A DNA stretch of 64,000 nt from Camelus ferus (lineage: Eukaryota), in contig NC_045696.1 of NCBI RefSeq assembly GCF_009834535.1, forward strand, positions 71,798,001 through 71,862,000, written 5' to 3'. The position numbers and the translations under genes are program-made. Positions within the stretch are counted from its first letter, which is position 1. Each line of letters opens with the position of its first letter. Positions 27,450-40,949 of this stretch are shown here, piece by piece. The notes under the pieces were generated by a model. The model had not been told where the DNA came from. It ran no database searches and was given only the letters and a program-made list of their open reading frames with translations.

Positions 27450-27678
27450 AGGAGTTGGCAAACTACAGCCTGTGGGCCAAAGCTGCTTGGTGCCTATTTT
27501 TGTAAATAAGGTTTTATCAGAACACAGCCACTGTCATTCATTTATGTATTAGCTATTATCTATGACTGCTTTTATGCTACAACCACCGAGTTTTGGAGAT
27601 GCAACAGAGACCAGATGGTCTGCAAAGCCCGAAATATTTACTATTTGGCCTTTTACAGAAAAAGTTTGCCAACCCCTG
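27450..27678. mobile_element. MER58A-like hAT DNA transposon
   Basis: Terminal inverted repeats ggagttggcaaact / agtttgccaacccctg with characteristic internal sequence. Confidence 0.8.
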
Positions 27679-27684
27679 GTTTAG

Positions 27685-28008
27685 ATCAACACTTTCCAAT
27701 AGAAATACAACGCAAACCACATATGAAATTTAAGATTTTCCAGTAGCCACATTTTAAAAAGTGAAAAGAAACAAATGAAATCCATTTTAATAATGTTTTA
27801 TTTACCTGCGTCCCAACTATCATTTCAACATACAATCACTATTATATAATTAATTGTATTATTAATGAGATCTTTTATGTACTTTTTCATGTACATCTTC
27901 AAAATCCAGTGTGTATTTAAACTGACAGCACAGCTCAGTTCAGACTAGCCGCATTCCAAGTGTTCAGTAGCCATGTATGGCTGGTGGATACTGCAGGGAC
28001 AGTGCAGG
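27685..28008. mobile_element. MER33/MER3-like hAT relic
   Basis: tccaatagaaata...ttttccagtagccacattttaaaaagt...ctagccgcattccaagtgttcagtagccatgtatggct. Confidence 0.7.
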
Positions 28009-29124
28009 TCTGCTTCAGACCCTCCGAAGAGTGAGACCTGCTCCAGATCTTGGTGCAGAGGTCAGCCTTGACAGGGCTTTAGGCTGTAGGGGAACTTGTT
28101 CGGTGGCTAACACTCAAGCCCTCAGGGATCTTTGCTCTTTCCCTCAGAAGACGGCCCAGCATAGAAAAGACAGGTTTACTTTTCCAGTTGCAAATTGTGG
28201 CAGCCTCCCTGGATGTGTGCTGAGTCTCTGCTTTTGGAATTCAGCATCCTCCATCCACCCTGCATGGATTATGGTGGCTCAGCTCTTCTAATTTTGGGTC
28301 CCTTCTTTTGGTGGTTAAAATCGTCCACAAGGTGGATGTCAGAGTTGGCGTGATAAAGGCTAACCACTTCCTTTACGCCGCAGAGCTAGAGGAATGTCAT
28401 GTTGAAAGAAATGTATCCGCTGAATTTAAGCCTTGGGGAAACTCAGGTGAAACAGATCTTGTTTCTTGTTCCCCTGAACCTCTGCCTGAGGGCATATAGT
28501 CAGTGATGAGAATGTGTTTGAGTTTCATCTTTCCTGTGGTGTTTCTTCGGTTTATTTCTTTCCTCCTTATATAGAGAGGTGTCTCACAAAATAAAATTTA
28601 AATGTGTATCTTTTTAATTACAGGTTCTTGTGGTTCTCCTGATCTTGACTCAGAATTTAGCCACCTCTGTGCCCCAGAACACTTAACAGTCTTTTCTCCA
28701 TCAGGGCCTTTATTCTGGTTAAATTTCTTATTTTGAAATCCTCGTGTTTTATAAGTTGGCCTCATGCCATTTATTCATGGCCTGTGGCGTCCTTTTCTAC
28801 TGTGAGTGAACATGGCTTAGTGAACATTTACTGAGTCGACATTTATTTACCGAGCACTGCTCTGTGCTAGGCAGTGTTCCCAGCCCTGGAGGCACAGTAG
28901 TGAAAAGATGGACAACCTCTGTCCGTCAAGTGGGAGAGCAGACTCTTAGAAGCACAATCTGTACAAGGTGAGATGTGCAATGACCTGCATATGGATATCT
29001 GGAGAAGAGTCACCTGAAGGAGATAGGGAGGCAGGGAGGAGGAGAAGATGGGAGAACGGGGATACCTCATGTCCTCAGACTCAGTGCCAAGCAACCAACT
29101 CATAATCTGCTTTTGTTCCCACAG

Positions 29125-29302
29125 GCCAAAGCTCAGAAAGTCCTGCAGAAGCTGGGTGATGTGCAAGAAATATTTCACAAGAGGCAAATGAGTCTGATGA
29201 AACTGGCAGCCAGACAGACTCGCCCAGTGCAGCCCGTGGCCCCTCATCCTGAGTCCTCCCCAAAATGGGTGTCACCGAAAATCAGCCAGCCCTCTGCCTT
29301 GG
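29125..29302 (+). CDS. MCF2L2: MCF2L2 internal coding exon (178 nt, phase 0/1)
   Basis: ttttgttcccacag|GCC...TTG G|gtaggt; AKAQKVLQKLGDVQEIFHKRQMSLMKLAARQTRPVQPVAPHPESSPKW... Confidence 0.95.
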
Positions 29303-29649
29303 GTAGGTTATTTGGGGAAGGAAGTTCTGTGGCTTTATGATTCACCAACGCCCATGAGGGCTGAGATTATGGTTGTTCGTGTTATTTTGACAGATATTAT
29401 TTAAGACAAACTACAGATATGAAATAGTACAGGTGTCGAAGACTTAGAAAGTTAGGTAAAACTGAGTGCCTGGATGCCAGGAGAAGCTCACAGTCTAGCA
29501 GAGGAATAATATAAATGCACAAATAACATTAGCATAAAATAAACTCCATTAAGGACCTTTAAAAGGCCCACAAGAGTCTATTAGCAATGGAGTGGTAAAG
29601 TTGGTTCTTTGAAAACAGAAAAAAAAAAAAGATAAGTCCTTACACCTGT

Positions 29650-32600
29650 CCTACATGGTCTTGATTACTGCAGCTTATTAGTAAGCCTTGAGATCGAGTA
29701 GTGTAAGTTTTGCAACTTTGTTCTTTTCAAGATGGTTTTGGCTATTATATTAGTTCCTTTTCATTGCCATATAAATTTTAGAATCACCTTTCAATTTCTA
29801 TTGGGGTTATGCATTGAATATATAGATCAATTTGGGAAGAATTTTGATCTCACCAATGTTGATCTTCCAATTCATAAATGTTATAACTCTTCATGTATTT
29901 AGGTCTTCTTTAATTTCCCTCAACAATGTAATAGTCTTGCATGTAAAGATCTTAGGCATTTCATTTTTTTTTTAAACTTATAATAAATGGAATTTACTAT
30001 ATATAACTATCAATAGAAGTATATTTCTGTATAGAAATACAATCATATCATCTGTGGATAGGGACAATTTTACTTTTTCTGTTTCAGTCTCTATGCTTCT
30101 TTCCCCTTACTTTATGATAATATCTGGGACCTCCAGTACAATGTTGAGCAGAGGTGGTGAGATCAGACATCCATGTGTTTTCCCAATGTGCAGGGAGAGA
30201 GTTCATTTTTCATCTTGAAGTATGATGTTAGCAGTAAGTTTTCCACAGGTGCCTTTTATCAAATTGAGGAAGTTCCCTTATATTCCAGTTTGATAAGAGT
30301 TTTATCATGAATGATTATTGAATTTTTCAGATGTCCTATTTGGTGCATATATTGTGATGAATATATATTTTTTTCTTTATTGGTTAATATGGTGGATTAC
30401 AATGATTTATTTTCAAATGCTGAAAACAATCATGCATTCCTGGGTAAACATTCTTGGACATGATGTATAATTTGTTGCTTCATGTATTTCGAAAGTCTGT
30501 TACTAAGCACATACATATTCATAATAGTTATGTCTTCCAGATATACAGGTCCTTTTATAATTATATATATCTCTCCTTCCCTCCTTATCTTTAACAGTAG
30601 TCCTTGTCTTTTTTTTTTAACATTTTTTATTGATTTATAATCATTTTACAATGTTGTGTCAAATTCCAGTGTTCAGCACAATTTTTCAGTTATTCATGGA
30701 CATATACACACTCATTGTCACATTTTTTTCTCTGTGAGTTATCATAACATTTTGTGTATGTTTCCCTGTGCTATACAGTGTAGTCTATTCTACAATTTTG
30801 AAATCCCAGTCTATCCCTTCCCACCCTCCACCCCCCTGGTAACCACAAGTCTGTATTCTCTGTCTGTGAGTCTATTTCTGTCCTTTATTTACACTTTGTT
30901 TTTGTTTGTTTGTTTGTTTTTGTTTTTGTTTTTTAGATTCCACATATGAGCGATCTCATATGGTATTTTTCTTTCTCTTTCTGGCTTTCTTCACTTAGAA
31001 TGACATTCTCCAGGAGCATCCATGTTGCTGCAAATGGCATTATGTTGTCGGTTTTTATGGCTGAGTAGTATTCCATTGTATAAATATACCACATCTTCTT
31101 TATCCAGTCACCTGTTGATGGACATTTAGGCTGTTTCCATGTTTTGGCTATTGTAAATAGTGCTGCTATGAACAGTGGAGTGCAGGTGTCATCCTGAAGT
31201 AGATTTCCTTCTGGATACAAGCCCAGGAGTGGGATTCCTGGGTCATATGGTGAGTCTATTCCTAGTCTTTTGAGGAATCTCCACACTGTTTTCCATAGTG
31301 GCTGCACCAAACTGCATTCCCACCAGCAGTGTAGGAGGGTTCCCCTTTCTCCACAGCCTCTCCAGCATTTGTCATTTGTGGATTTTTGAATGACAGCCAT
31401 TCTGACTGGTGTGAGGTGATACCTCATTGTAGTTTTGATTTGCATTTCTCTGATAATTAGTGATATTGAGCATTTTTTCATGTGCTTTTTGATCATTTGT
31501 ATGTCTTCCTTGGAGAATTGCTTGTTTAGGTCTTCTGCCCATTTTTGGATTGGGTTGTTTCTTTTTTTCTTATTGAGTCGTATGAGCTGCTTATATATTC
31601 TGGAGATCAAGCCTTTGTCGGTTTCACTTGCAAAAATTTTCTCCCATTCCGTAGGTTTTCTTCTTGTTTTATTTCTGGTTTCCTTTGCTGTGCAGAAACT
31701 TGTAAGTTTCATTAGGTCCCATTTGTTTATTCTTGCTTTTATTTCTTCTAGGAGAAAATTTTTTAAATGTATGTCAGATAATGTTTTGCCTATGTTTTCC
31801 TCTAGGAGGTTTATTGTATCTTGTCTTATGTTTAAGTCTTTAATCCATTTTGAGTTGATTTTTGTATATGGTGGAAGGGAGTGTTCTAGCTTCATTGTTT
31901 TACATGCTGCTGTCCAGTTTTCCCAACATAGTAGTCCTTGTCTTGAAGTCTATTTTGTTTGATATTAATACAGCCATTCCAGCTTTCTTATGCTCAGTGT
32001 TTGCATGATATATTTTTTCCATTCTTCAATTTCTGTCTTTGTTTTTAAAATATATTTCTTGTAGGCAGCATATAATTGAATCTTCTGTTAATCTCTGCCT
32101 TCTAATTGGAGTGTTTATTCTATTTACATGCAATGTAATTATTGATATAGTTGGATTTAATGCTACTGTTGTGTTATTTATTTTCTACTTGTCTCATATG
32201 TTTCTTTATTCCTTTGATCCTCCTTTCTTGGATTCTTTTGGTTTAGCAAAATTTTTTCAGTATTCCATTTAAATTCATCTGCTGGCTTTTTAGCTTACAT
32301 ATCTCTTTGCATTGTTTTTCCCCAGATGTTTCTTCTAGGGATTATCATATGCATCCTTAATTTATTGAAATCATCTTTGAATTAACATTGTAGCACTTTA
32401 TTTCAACACAGGAGATTTGCAGCAGTAGAGTGCCACATACCCTTTACTCATCCTCTGTGCTATGCTTATCCTCAGTATTTCATCTACATGTGTTTCATCC
32501 CACAACAATATTGTTGTGTTATAATTTTTGCTTTAAACAATTGTATATCTTTTAAAGAAATTAAGAGAAAGGAAGAAAAAAAGAAAATGTGTATTATTTT

Positions 32601-32770
32601 ATATTTAGCTTCCTAGTCACCATTTCTGGTGTTCTCTATTCCTTATCGTAGATATGAATTATCATCCTGTGTTCTGTCTCTTCAGGTTAATGATCTTCCA
32701 TTAACATTTCTTGTATTGCAGGTGGGTTTGCAGTAAGTTCTTTTAGTTTTTATTTATCTGGAAATTATGA
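29650..32770 (-). mobile_element. Old antisense L1 remnants, interrupted by a young L1
   Basis: T-rich antisense ORF2-like text (atatagatcaatttgggaagaa, ggacctccagtacaatgttga, cccttttatcaaattgaggaagttccct-like segment). Confidence 0.75.
30611..31929 (-). mobile_element. Young 5'-truncated LINE-1 with an open 320-aa ORF2 C-terminal frame
   Basis: ORF 30933-31895 includes the cysteine-rich motif [18 protein letters not shown]; poly(T) at the left end; TSD agtagtccttgtctt at 30596-30610 and 31930-31944. Confidence 0.95.
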
Positions 32771-35153
32771 GGTCTTTTTGGTAACTCTCCATTTAGTATA
32801 ATTTACAGTCCCCTATCTCTCATCACATATTCCACTTTTTAGAATTAAGTCTTGATGACAGTTTAGTGAATTTCTTACCTGAATTTTTCCACACACACAC
32901 ATGCTCATACATACACAAGCACACTCAGACACATTTATGTACACATATACCGCAGATACACAGACATTCACACACACAGAGACATCCTTCTTGGATGGTT
33001 GGAAACAGGGTTTGGTTCTCCTGACCTCTCATCCAGGGCTCGTTCCCAAAACTAAATTATGCTCACTTCTATGACTTTACTTCTCTCACTATTTTAAGGG
33101 GCATGTTTGTTACAAGTAAATACAGCAGGAATGATAGGTTGTCTCTTGGCTTTTGAAACACAAGAATTCATAGTAGGTAATGACCTTCCTACGGGACAGA
33201 TCTTTGAACAGGTATTGCTGACCCTGGTCAGGCAACTTGCTCATTTTGTGTAGCAATCTTGCACTTTTGTTTTGGAGACTAACCACTGAGTGTGGATTCA
33301 GGCAGGTCGCTAACAGGATTTTCAAACATGTTTGTTTAATTCCTTAGTAACTGAGACCGTGCCAAGATAAACTATTGTATGTCACAGTGTAAGGAACGTG
33401 GTCAGGGCTGCTTAGAGATGGGAGTTGGAATCTCAGCTCTGACTCTTGGTAGCTGGGTGTCTTGGGTACAACATTCAACCTCTCTGAAGCACATAAGGAA
33501 TGTGAAAAAGTTCATTTGTGGCAATAATAATAGCTAAAATATACTGAGTGCTTTCCAAGATCTAAATACTTTATGCATATTAACTCATGAAATTCTCATA
33601 ACACCATATACTGTAGGCTTTTTCATTATTCCCCGCTGTACAGATGAAGAAGCTAAGGCACAGAGATTACTTTGATAATGTGTGCTTCCTACATGGAAGA
33701 GCAGGACTTGAACGCTGTTGGCATTGCTCACATGCCCCTGCCTTTAACTTCATCACAGTACTTAACCAGCATTAAGGGCAGGTGCTTCTCAGTCATGGGT
33801 GTTGCCAATTAGTGTATGCATTTCTAGCTTCCCGTTATTATGCCTGGAATCTCTCAGCTTACAGAGATCCTGCAGAGGGTGAGGAGCCCAACAGACTGTC
33901 CATTGTTATAAAGTAGCTTTAGTGATCATATAACCTGGAACAGCAAACAGTGTGCTTCACAACCAATTTTAGCATAACATCCATGGAAACCCACAGAAAG
34001 CTCGCGCCGCTTCCAGTGGCTCACAGAACCTGACGGCTGGGTGGGGCCTCTGGAGGCAAGACAGTTAAGCTCCATCAAGTCTGCCATAGATAAGAACCAA
34101 GTTCACGTTGGTGGCATTAGATAGATGACACTTTGGCCATGGGACCTATATTTCTATCCTGTCCTGGGATAATAACATGTATCCTGTGAGTTTCCCAAAG
34201 GAACTGTGCCTGTGCATTCAAGGGTGGTAATGGTGACAAGTAAGAACTCAAAATATCACTTACTATTACCCTTGTAGCCCCATCCCCAGTGCAGCCCTCT
34301 GGTAAAACTGGGTTAGAAAGCTCTGAGCCTAACCAGGGCTTCTCCTCCCTAAATCCCAGTCTTACTGCCAAATGGCCGTGGATTTTGAAGAAGGGTATCT
34401 CCCAGGTGTCTGAGAGTCCTGTGGGAAGGAGAGGAGGGAGACAGAGTGACAGATGAGGGAGCAAGGGCAACACTGTCCAGTTCCCTCCAGACTCAGCTGA
34501 TTCTTCACATAGTCATCCCATCCACTAAAAATGTGGTTCCATCAGTTCTGGAATCCAACTGTTAGATCATCAGATTAGCAATGATTTCTGCCCTTATGTA
34601 ATCATAATGTGTTTAAGTAGTAAGATTTTAGTATTTTTCTAATTTTCTGTAATAAGCACAAGTTAATTAGCTATATAATGGAAAAAATACATTCAATAAA
34701 AAGTGAACTGAATCTGGTCTTCCAATCCAAGAACAAGATCAAATACAATATCACACATTGCAAATGATAAATGCTAAAGCAGCAGTGCATAAAACAATCC
34801 GTGAAGTTTGGAATAGTTAGAAGACTTCATAAAGAACATGAGCTTTTAGCTGGACCTTAAAAATGGGGATGATATTATATTTACCAATTTGTTGTGGTTT
34901 GATGTTTCATGTGATGTTGGGTATGGCTTTTTTTCTCTTGAGATCAAATGTCAGATGCCTGGGGTCAAGGACTCTTTCTTTTCTGCCTCTTTCCTTCACC
35001 TCAAATTTCATCTACTACCTTGGAAATCACTGTAGCAGCTCAATTAAGCTTTACTAATCAACTGCAGCAACATGGTTCAAGTCAGGCTAAGTGCTCTGAG
35101 TTATTTATAAGCCAAGTAGCCAAATTAATGGCAGGTTTTCTTTGGCTCCCTAG

Positions 35154-35245
35154 CTCCTCATCAGAAAACATCTGAGGAACCTTATGCAGAAGCAGATTTG
35201 AGCTCCCTGGGAAAGGAAGATGACGAGACTAAATTTGAAGTCAAG
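35154..35245 (+). CDS. MCF2L2: MCF2L2 internal coding exon (92 nt, phase 1/0)
   Basis: ttttctttggctccctag|CT CCT...GTC AAG|gtaaga; (A)PHQKTSEEPYAEADLSSLGKEDDETKFEVK; acceptor chosen because it keeps the frame. Confidence 0.85.
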
Positions 35246-36929
35246 GTAAGATCACTTTTCCTTTACCAATAGAAATTTCTGACATGAGATTGCTGTCATA
35301 ATTATCAATAAATCAATAAGTTGTGTTCCCCTATTTCATACCTACCATCTCCTCCTGAGGACATGCCCATAAAGGCACATAGCATAGATTAGTGCTCCCA
35401 AAAGCTGGAGTTTGTAGGATTTCTTCCTTTTCTTTCTTCTTAATTGCAACTAGAAATGAAAAGCTATTTGATCATGTACATAATTGTTGGTAGATATTGT
35501 TCTATTGAGGGAACAGTCATTTTATTCATTCCTATAATCTGTCTTCATATTCAAAGTTGTTAGAACAGTATATGGTTTATATATAAAAAGACCATGACAA
35601 AATTGCATACGCTATACACATACACACACAGATATATAGTTGGTGAACTCGAATAAGCAAGTATAATGGTCAAGGTGGTAGAGGAAGCGGGGTAGGAACA
35701 GAGGCTGCCAAACTTTCTTATTTTGGCCAACAGTGGCTGGCCAGACTTCTGCTTCTAAAGCCCAAGGCTATGAGAAGAAGAGTGAGGAGAATCCACAGTC
35801 ATGAACAATATGAGAAAGGGGCTTTGTGCACTAAATTTTGGACTTAGAAATCAACTTAGAATCAGTAAATGCAATTAGTGTTTCCCAAGGTAGGTAGTAT
35901 AACCAGGGAAATCATCATTCCAAAATATGTAAGAAAACTTGTAAGAACAAGGTAGATTAGAAAAGAAGGTTTGGATTCATTTCTGCGTGGTCCATGGGCC
36001 ATTAAAAGGGAAACAAGGAGACTGATTAACATCAAGAACAATCACTGCTTCTTTTGTATTGTGGCTGCTGTCCAAGACAGATGACCAGGAGAGATAAGAG
36101 AACATGAATCTGACTCCAGGTGACAATTCTGACATCTTTTTGGCCTTAGGCCTCGAACTCAAACATGAAATGAACCCACAGTCAGTCTAGGAGAGCGAAT
36201 CATAACACAGTTCTAAATGCCCTCCCTGCCCTCAACAGTAAATGTTCCCAGGAAGAAAAAGGAAAGCTATAACCCCAAACGATTCGTGATTGCTGCTGGA
36301 GTCACTGATACTCACGACCTGCAGTAAAATCATGGTACGATTTATCATCAGCAGAGAACTCATTCCCAAAAAAAGGCGTTCCATCTTCTCTGGCAGGAAG
36401 ATCTTTGCTGTGCCAGTTTGCAGGAACTGGACAAGTTCAACTTGAGGAGGTGGCCGGGATTCTCGGGGCGGGCTGGCAGCTGTGAGGGCATGTGCTTGGC
36501 TCACTGAAGCTGCTGAAGCCGTCTGGGAGAGCCTCAGCGGAGTCATTCCCTGCGGTTGCTGGCAGTTGTGATGTGGCTACTTTCTGCCCTTCACGTCACC
36601 AGTTAGAAGCAGAAAGCATGACTCCCTGGGGCTACGTTCCCCGGGCTGCTCACATCACAGCCTCTTCTTTGGAGCTGGAAAGAAGCCAAAGGCGGAGGAG
36701 GATTTCTTTTTCCTGAACGTCAACCCTCAGGAAAAAGGAAGAGCTACTGTCCATGAGCACCAGCAAACAGTGTTCCTGGGCACCTATTAAAGTCGTTTAA
36801 AATAGCAAAGTCCTTTTCAGGCTTCTGAGCAAACAGGCTCCCTCATAAAATTTATTTAAAAAACAAGAAAAGCCAAAGCAGGAAGGGAATGGAGAGGAGA
36901 GGGAAGGGATGCTAACACCGACTGACGGC

Positions 36930-37340
36930 CAGACCTTGTGCCACGTGCTGTGTGGACCTGATTTCATCACAAGTCCTCAGTACCTTGTGAGGAAGGTGTT
37001 GTTTCCCTTCTCAGCATCACAGATGCTGAGAGATTCTGAGAAACTAAGTGAATTCCCCCAAGGCTCACACAACTAAGTAAATGATTGAACTGGAATTCGA
37101 AATTAGCAGTTTACTTACTCTAGCAGTTTACTTATTTATCAAACTTACCCTAGCTGCCTGAATCACTCACTTAATCTACCTAATGAGCAGTTTACTTAAC
37201 CTTTTATCCTCTAAATTTCCTCTTCTGCAAAGTGGGGATAAATAAAGTGACCTCACACATGGTTGATTAGATGAGAAATGTATGGAAAGCACCTAGCAAT
37301 GATGCCTGACATATAGAAGATTCGTAGTAATGTGAATTCT
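36930..37340. mobile_element. Two MIR fragments in opposite orientation
   Basis: Antisense MIR-like text to ~37100, sense MIR-like text from ~37190 (ttctgcaaagtggggataa...tgcctgacatatag). Confidence 0.55.
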
Positions 37341-39421
37341 CCATTTAACCCTATGTTTACAGATAGAACGTTCTATGTAAAAGATGGGAAGGAACTGAAG
37401 GAAGATTGAATTCAGGCCTTACATTAAATAGCTTCTCCTAATCTCAAATATGCATCTTTTTTTTGCCAAATGATAACAGATTAGGGCCAAATTCAGTTCT
37501 TGGCTTTCTCACTCCTTTGAATTCCAAAAAATTTCATTTACCTTCCTGATCCTCATCAAGAGAACTGTGTGAATCATAAGCATGTCACTGTTTACTTCCT
37601 AAGATTTGAAGTCTAGTCATTCTTAGCGCTAATAAGAGATTCAAAGGATCCATCAAATCCTTGAGGCAGCCCCCAGCCAAGCTCTCTGAACAATTCCTAG
37701 AATAAAGAGTCTCAAGTTTCCCTGTGTACTGCAGCCCTGAGTTTATTCATAATGCAGATTCTCAGGCTCCACCCACAGAAATGCTGATTCAGGAGGTCTT
37801 CATTTATTATAAATGTAATAAAGCATTTTTCAAATTTGTGATTTTATATGAGTTAAGTAAGATTTACAGACAAGTAAAAATTAAGTTACATTGACAATTA
37901 TACATCGAGGTTAAATCACATGAAATCAGTCTGAGAAACTTCAGAATGTATGGGCAACTTCTTTTCAACATCCTTGGCATACTTATTTCCTTCTTATTTT
38001 CTTGGTTTGGGTATGGAAGAAAGGTATCTTGTGACATGTTCCTCACTTCCTGGTATTTTTAACAGAACTACAGACTTGCGTATCATTGGTTAAACAATGT
38101 TGCAATATTTGCAGTTTTAAGGAGACATTTCCCCCATCAACAGATATTGTAAATAGTGTTTAGAGTGTGAGTACAACCTATAAAAGCCAATTTAACCAGT
38201 AAGAACATTGAACTAATTACCAACAATTCTAGTTGGGAAATTCAAGATCTTAGATAAAAGAGACCCTGGAAAAGTTTTGTAAAGTTTGTATCTGGGACCC
38301 GTTTCCTTATCTTTCTCTAATCATTTCCCATTTCCACAAAGCCTCAGGACCACTTTTGGCTATCTCTTCAAGCCTACCCTTCCTCCTCAAAGGGCTTCAG
38401 TCTATAAAACGTCCTAAAACCTTCCCCTCCCCTCCTTCTTGGAAGCCTCCTCCCAGTGTAGCTGTTCTGGACTACAGGTAGGGGAAAATCTAAATGAGCT
38501 AAGTCACAGCAACACATGGCTGAGTGACTGACAGCCTGCTAACTTTCCTGCAAACATCTGTCTTTTTTGAAAAGAGACTGGCTGCCCTATTATCCAAAGG
38601 AATCACAGGCAATGCCTGTGAAGAGTAAAATATTTGCTGGGTAGGGCCAGTGAGAGGGCACAAATAGGACAGACCAGCCAGCTAGGAATCCACTCACAGG
38701 ATAGTTTCTCTAAGTGGTTCCTGTTTTTTAAGTCCTTTCGTTTCTTCACATCAGAACCCACTGCATCTCACAAATAAGAAGGGTGGGGCTTCCCCTTTCC
38801 TGGCAGTCCCAGAGGGGAAGGCCACTGCTTCTCATGGCTGATGTTCTCCACTCTGGGGCGGTGTCTCTGAGGCCACCCTGGACTGAGGCTGGAGGTGAAT
38901 GCCCTTTGGAGAGGTTTCCTTTCCTTTCTTTCCCACTATCCTCCCCTAAGCCATGTCATTCTATAATCACTCAGTGATTAATATTTGTCATACCTCTTTT
39001 ACTTTCTCAGGTTTTCACAATTAATTGACAATGCCAGGAAAGTCTTAACACTTCTTGCAGTGTTCACTCTTCATACTTTAAATGAAGAGGGTAATTCAGC
39101 CCCTTATCTGCTTTACTTTCTCTTTCTCAGAATTAGGTCTAGCAGCTTCTCTTTTTAAGAAATGTGATAATATAATAAATTGTACTTTCAAGTTGTTACT
39201 GGATACCATTGCTTTAAAAGAGTTGGAGCTGAACTTGTCTTCCAAGCATTCCTAAAATCATAAAGGGAAATTACTTAACTTTAGGGAAAAACTAATTTGA
39301 TTCCCTTTCAAATATTGCTGTCTATCTCTTGTTTGGGGAAGAAAAAATACAATGTTCATAATCAATCAAAAATTAGCTCTTGATACTTTTTAAAATGTAA
39401 GTTTTAAAATGATGTATTCTT

Positions 39422-39570
39422 GTGGGTATAGCTCAGTGGTAGAGTGCACACTTAGCATGTATGAGGTCCTGGGTTCAATCCCCAGTACCTCCATTTAAAT
39501 AAATAAATAAATAAATAAATCTAATCATCTCCCCCCTAAACAAATTTAAAATTTTTTAATTAAATAAATA
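39422..39570 (+). mobile_element. tRNA-derived SINE (same family as 4827-4957)
   Basis: gggtatagctcagtggtagagtgcacacttagcatgtatgaggtcctgggttcaatccccagtacctcc (A and B boxes), (TAAA)n tail, imperfect TSD aaatgatgtattctt / agatgatatattctt. Confidence 0.88.
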
Positions 39571-40885
39571 ATTTTAAAAGATGATATATTCTTCAGAGAA
39601 ATTGAAATAAAATTTTTTTTTACAAAATTCCTTCAGGCTAGGCACCTAGCCTGTTTTTTCAATTTTGAAAATAAGTCTTTCTTCCAAATATAGGGGGGAC
39701 AAAACAATCAGATTCTATGTTGTTGAGAAGACATGTGAAGCCATCATTGAAGGTGATCCTAGAAAACCCAGGTTGATGGGTTGGTGTCACTTTGAAGCCA
39801 GGGTGAGGTGAGGGTACAGGGAGTGATGCCGAGCCTGAAGCAGCTACCAGCCTGCCTGCCTTCACTGCCACTCTTTTTCTTCAGAATAAAATGAACATAC
39901 AGGGACAGGGACTCTCCCACCTGACTGGCCTCCCAATAGAGTAGTTTATGGGTTGGTTCCCTTTTAAAGCACCAATTGGCTGAGAAAAATCTCTTCTTCA
40001 GGATGCCCTAGAAGTTTCTCCAAGTCAGGATAACTGAAGGGAAGCAGGATATGATTTTACATGAAACTTGTTGCTCTGCTTTAAAAGAATGTCATCTTAT
40101 AATTCAGTAAGACTCATAAGGAAACTCTAACAAAGAAATATAGCAGCAATTGGTAGGTTGGTCTGTGGTCAGTTTTCTTGGTCCATTATTTGAATCAAAG
40201 GACCAATATCTGAAAGAAAAAAAATAGCAAATATTTATTTGAATATGCTCTCTTCTTCCTAGAGTTTTCAGGAAGCTTAATTTAAAATTTTCTCAAAAGT
40301 ACTCTGGTTACAATTTAGCTTTCACGTCATAATTGGAAGCAATAGCACCTATGTTGGTATTTTATATTATAAGCAGAAGAACATTTCACAGCCAAATCAC
40401 AGATTTCCCTTATTCTACACAGAAGAAAACAGATGTTCAAGGGAGATTAAGTGATTTGCCCAATATCTCTCAGCAAGTGAGAAATATGGGGTCTCTATTA
40501 TGCATGCGCAGGTAGCAACTGCCCAGCAATTACTGAAGTTCAGCATGCTGAGTGCTTTACATAATTACCTATTTTAATCCCCACAAAGTAAATATTAAAC
40601 CGCCAACCATCAATGCCATTTATTAAGTCTCATCTTTGTGCTAAGCACTTTAATACATTATTTCTAATCACCACAGCAACCTTCTGACATAGATGTAATT
40701 ACTCCTGTTATACAGCTAGAGAACTAAGTTGCTACCTGAGGCCACTTTTTACAAAGTAAGCCAGGGATTTCCACCTGTATTTACCTCTCACACCTCAATT
40801 TGTGTTCTTTTCACTCTATAAGAGGTTTTCAAATTACAGGTCATAACAGTGATAGTGAACTCAGTTTGGTGGGTTCACCAGCATT

Positions 40886-40887
<2 letters not shown>

Positions 40888-40946
<59 letters not shown>

Positions 40947-40949
40947 ATA
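40888..40949. repeat. (AAAT)n microsatellite
   Basis: About 15 perfect tetranucleotide units. Confidence 0.95.

Noticed and set aside
31435..31962. 175-aa hydrophobic ORF resembling a membrane protein
   Set aside because: Antisense reading of A-rich L1 ORF2.
35131..35175. Acceptor at ggcag|gttttc (35134) for the MCF2L2 exon
   Set aside because: Purine-rich upstream context and in-frame TGA at 35173-35175 when joined to the previous exon.
39424..39492. tRNA gene
   Set aside because: tRNA-like A/B boxes are followed by an AT-rich tail and flanked by TSDs, and a diverged second copy exists at 4827; it is a SINE.
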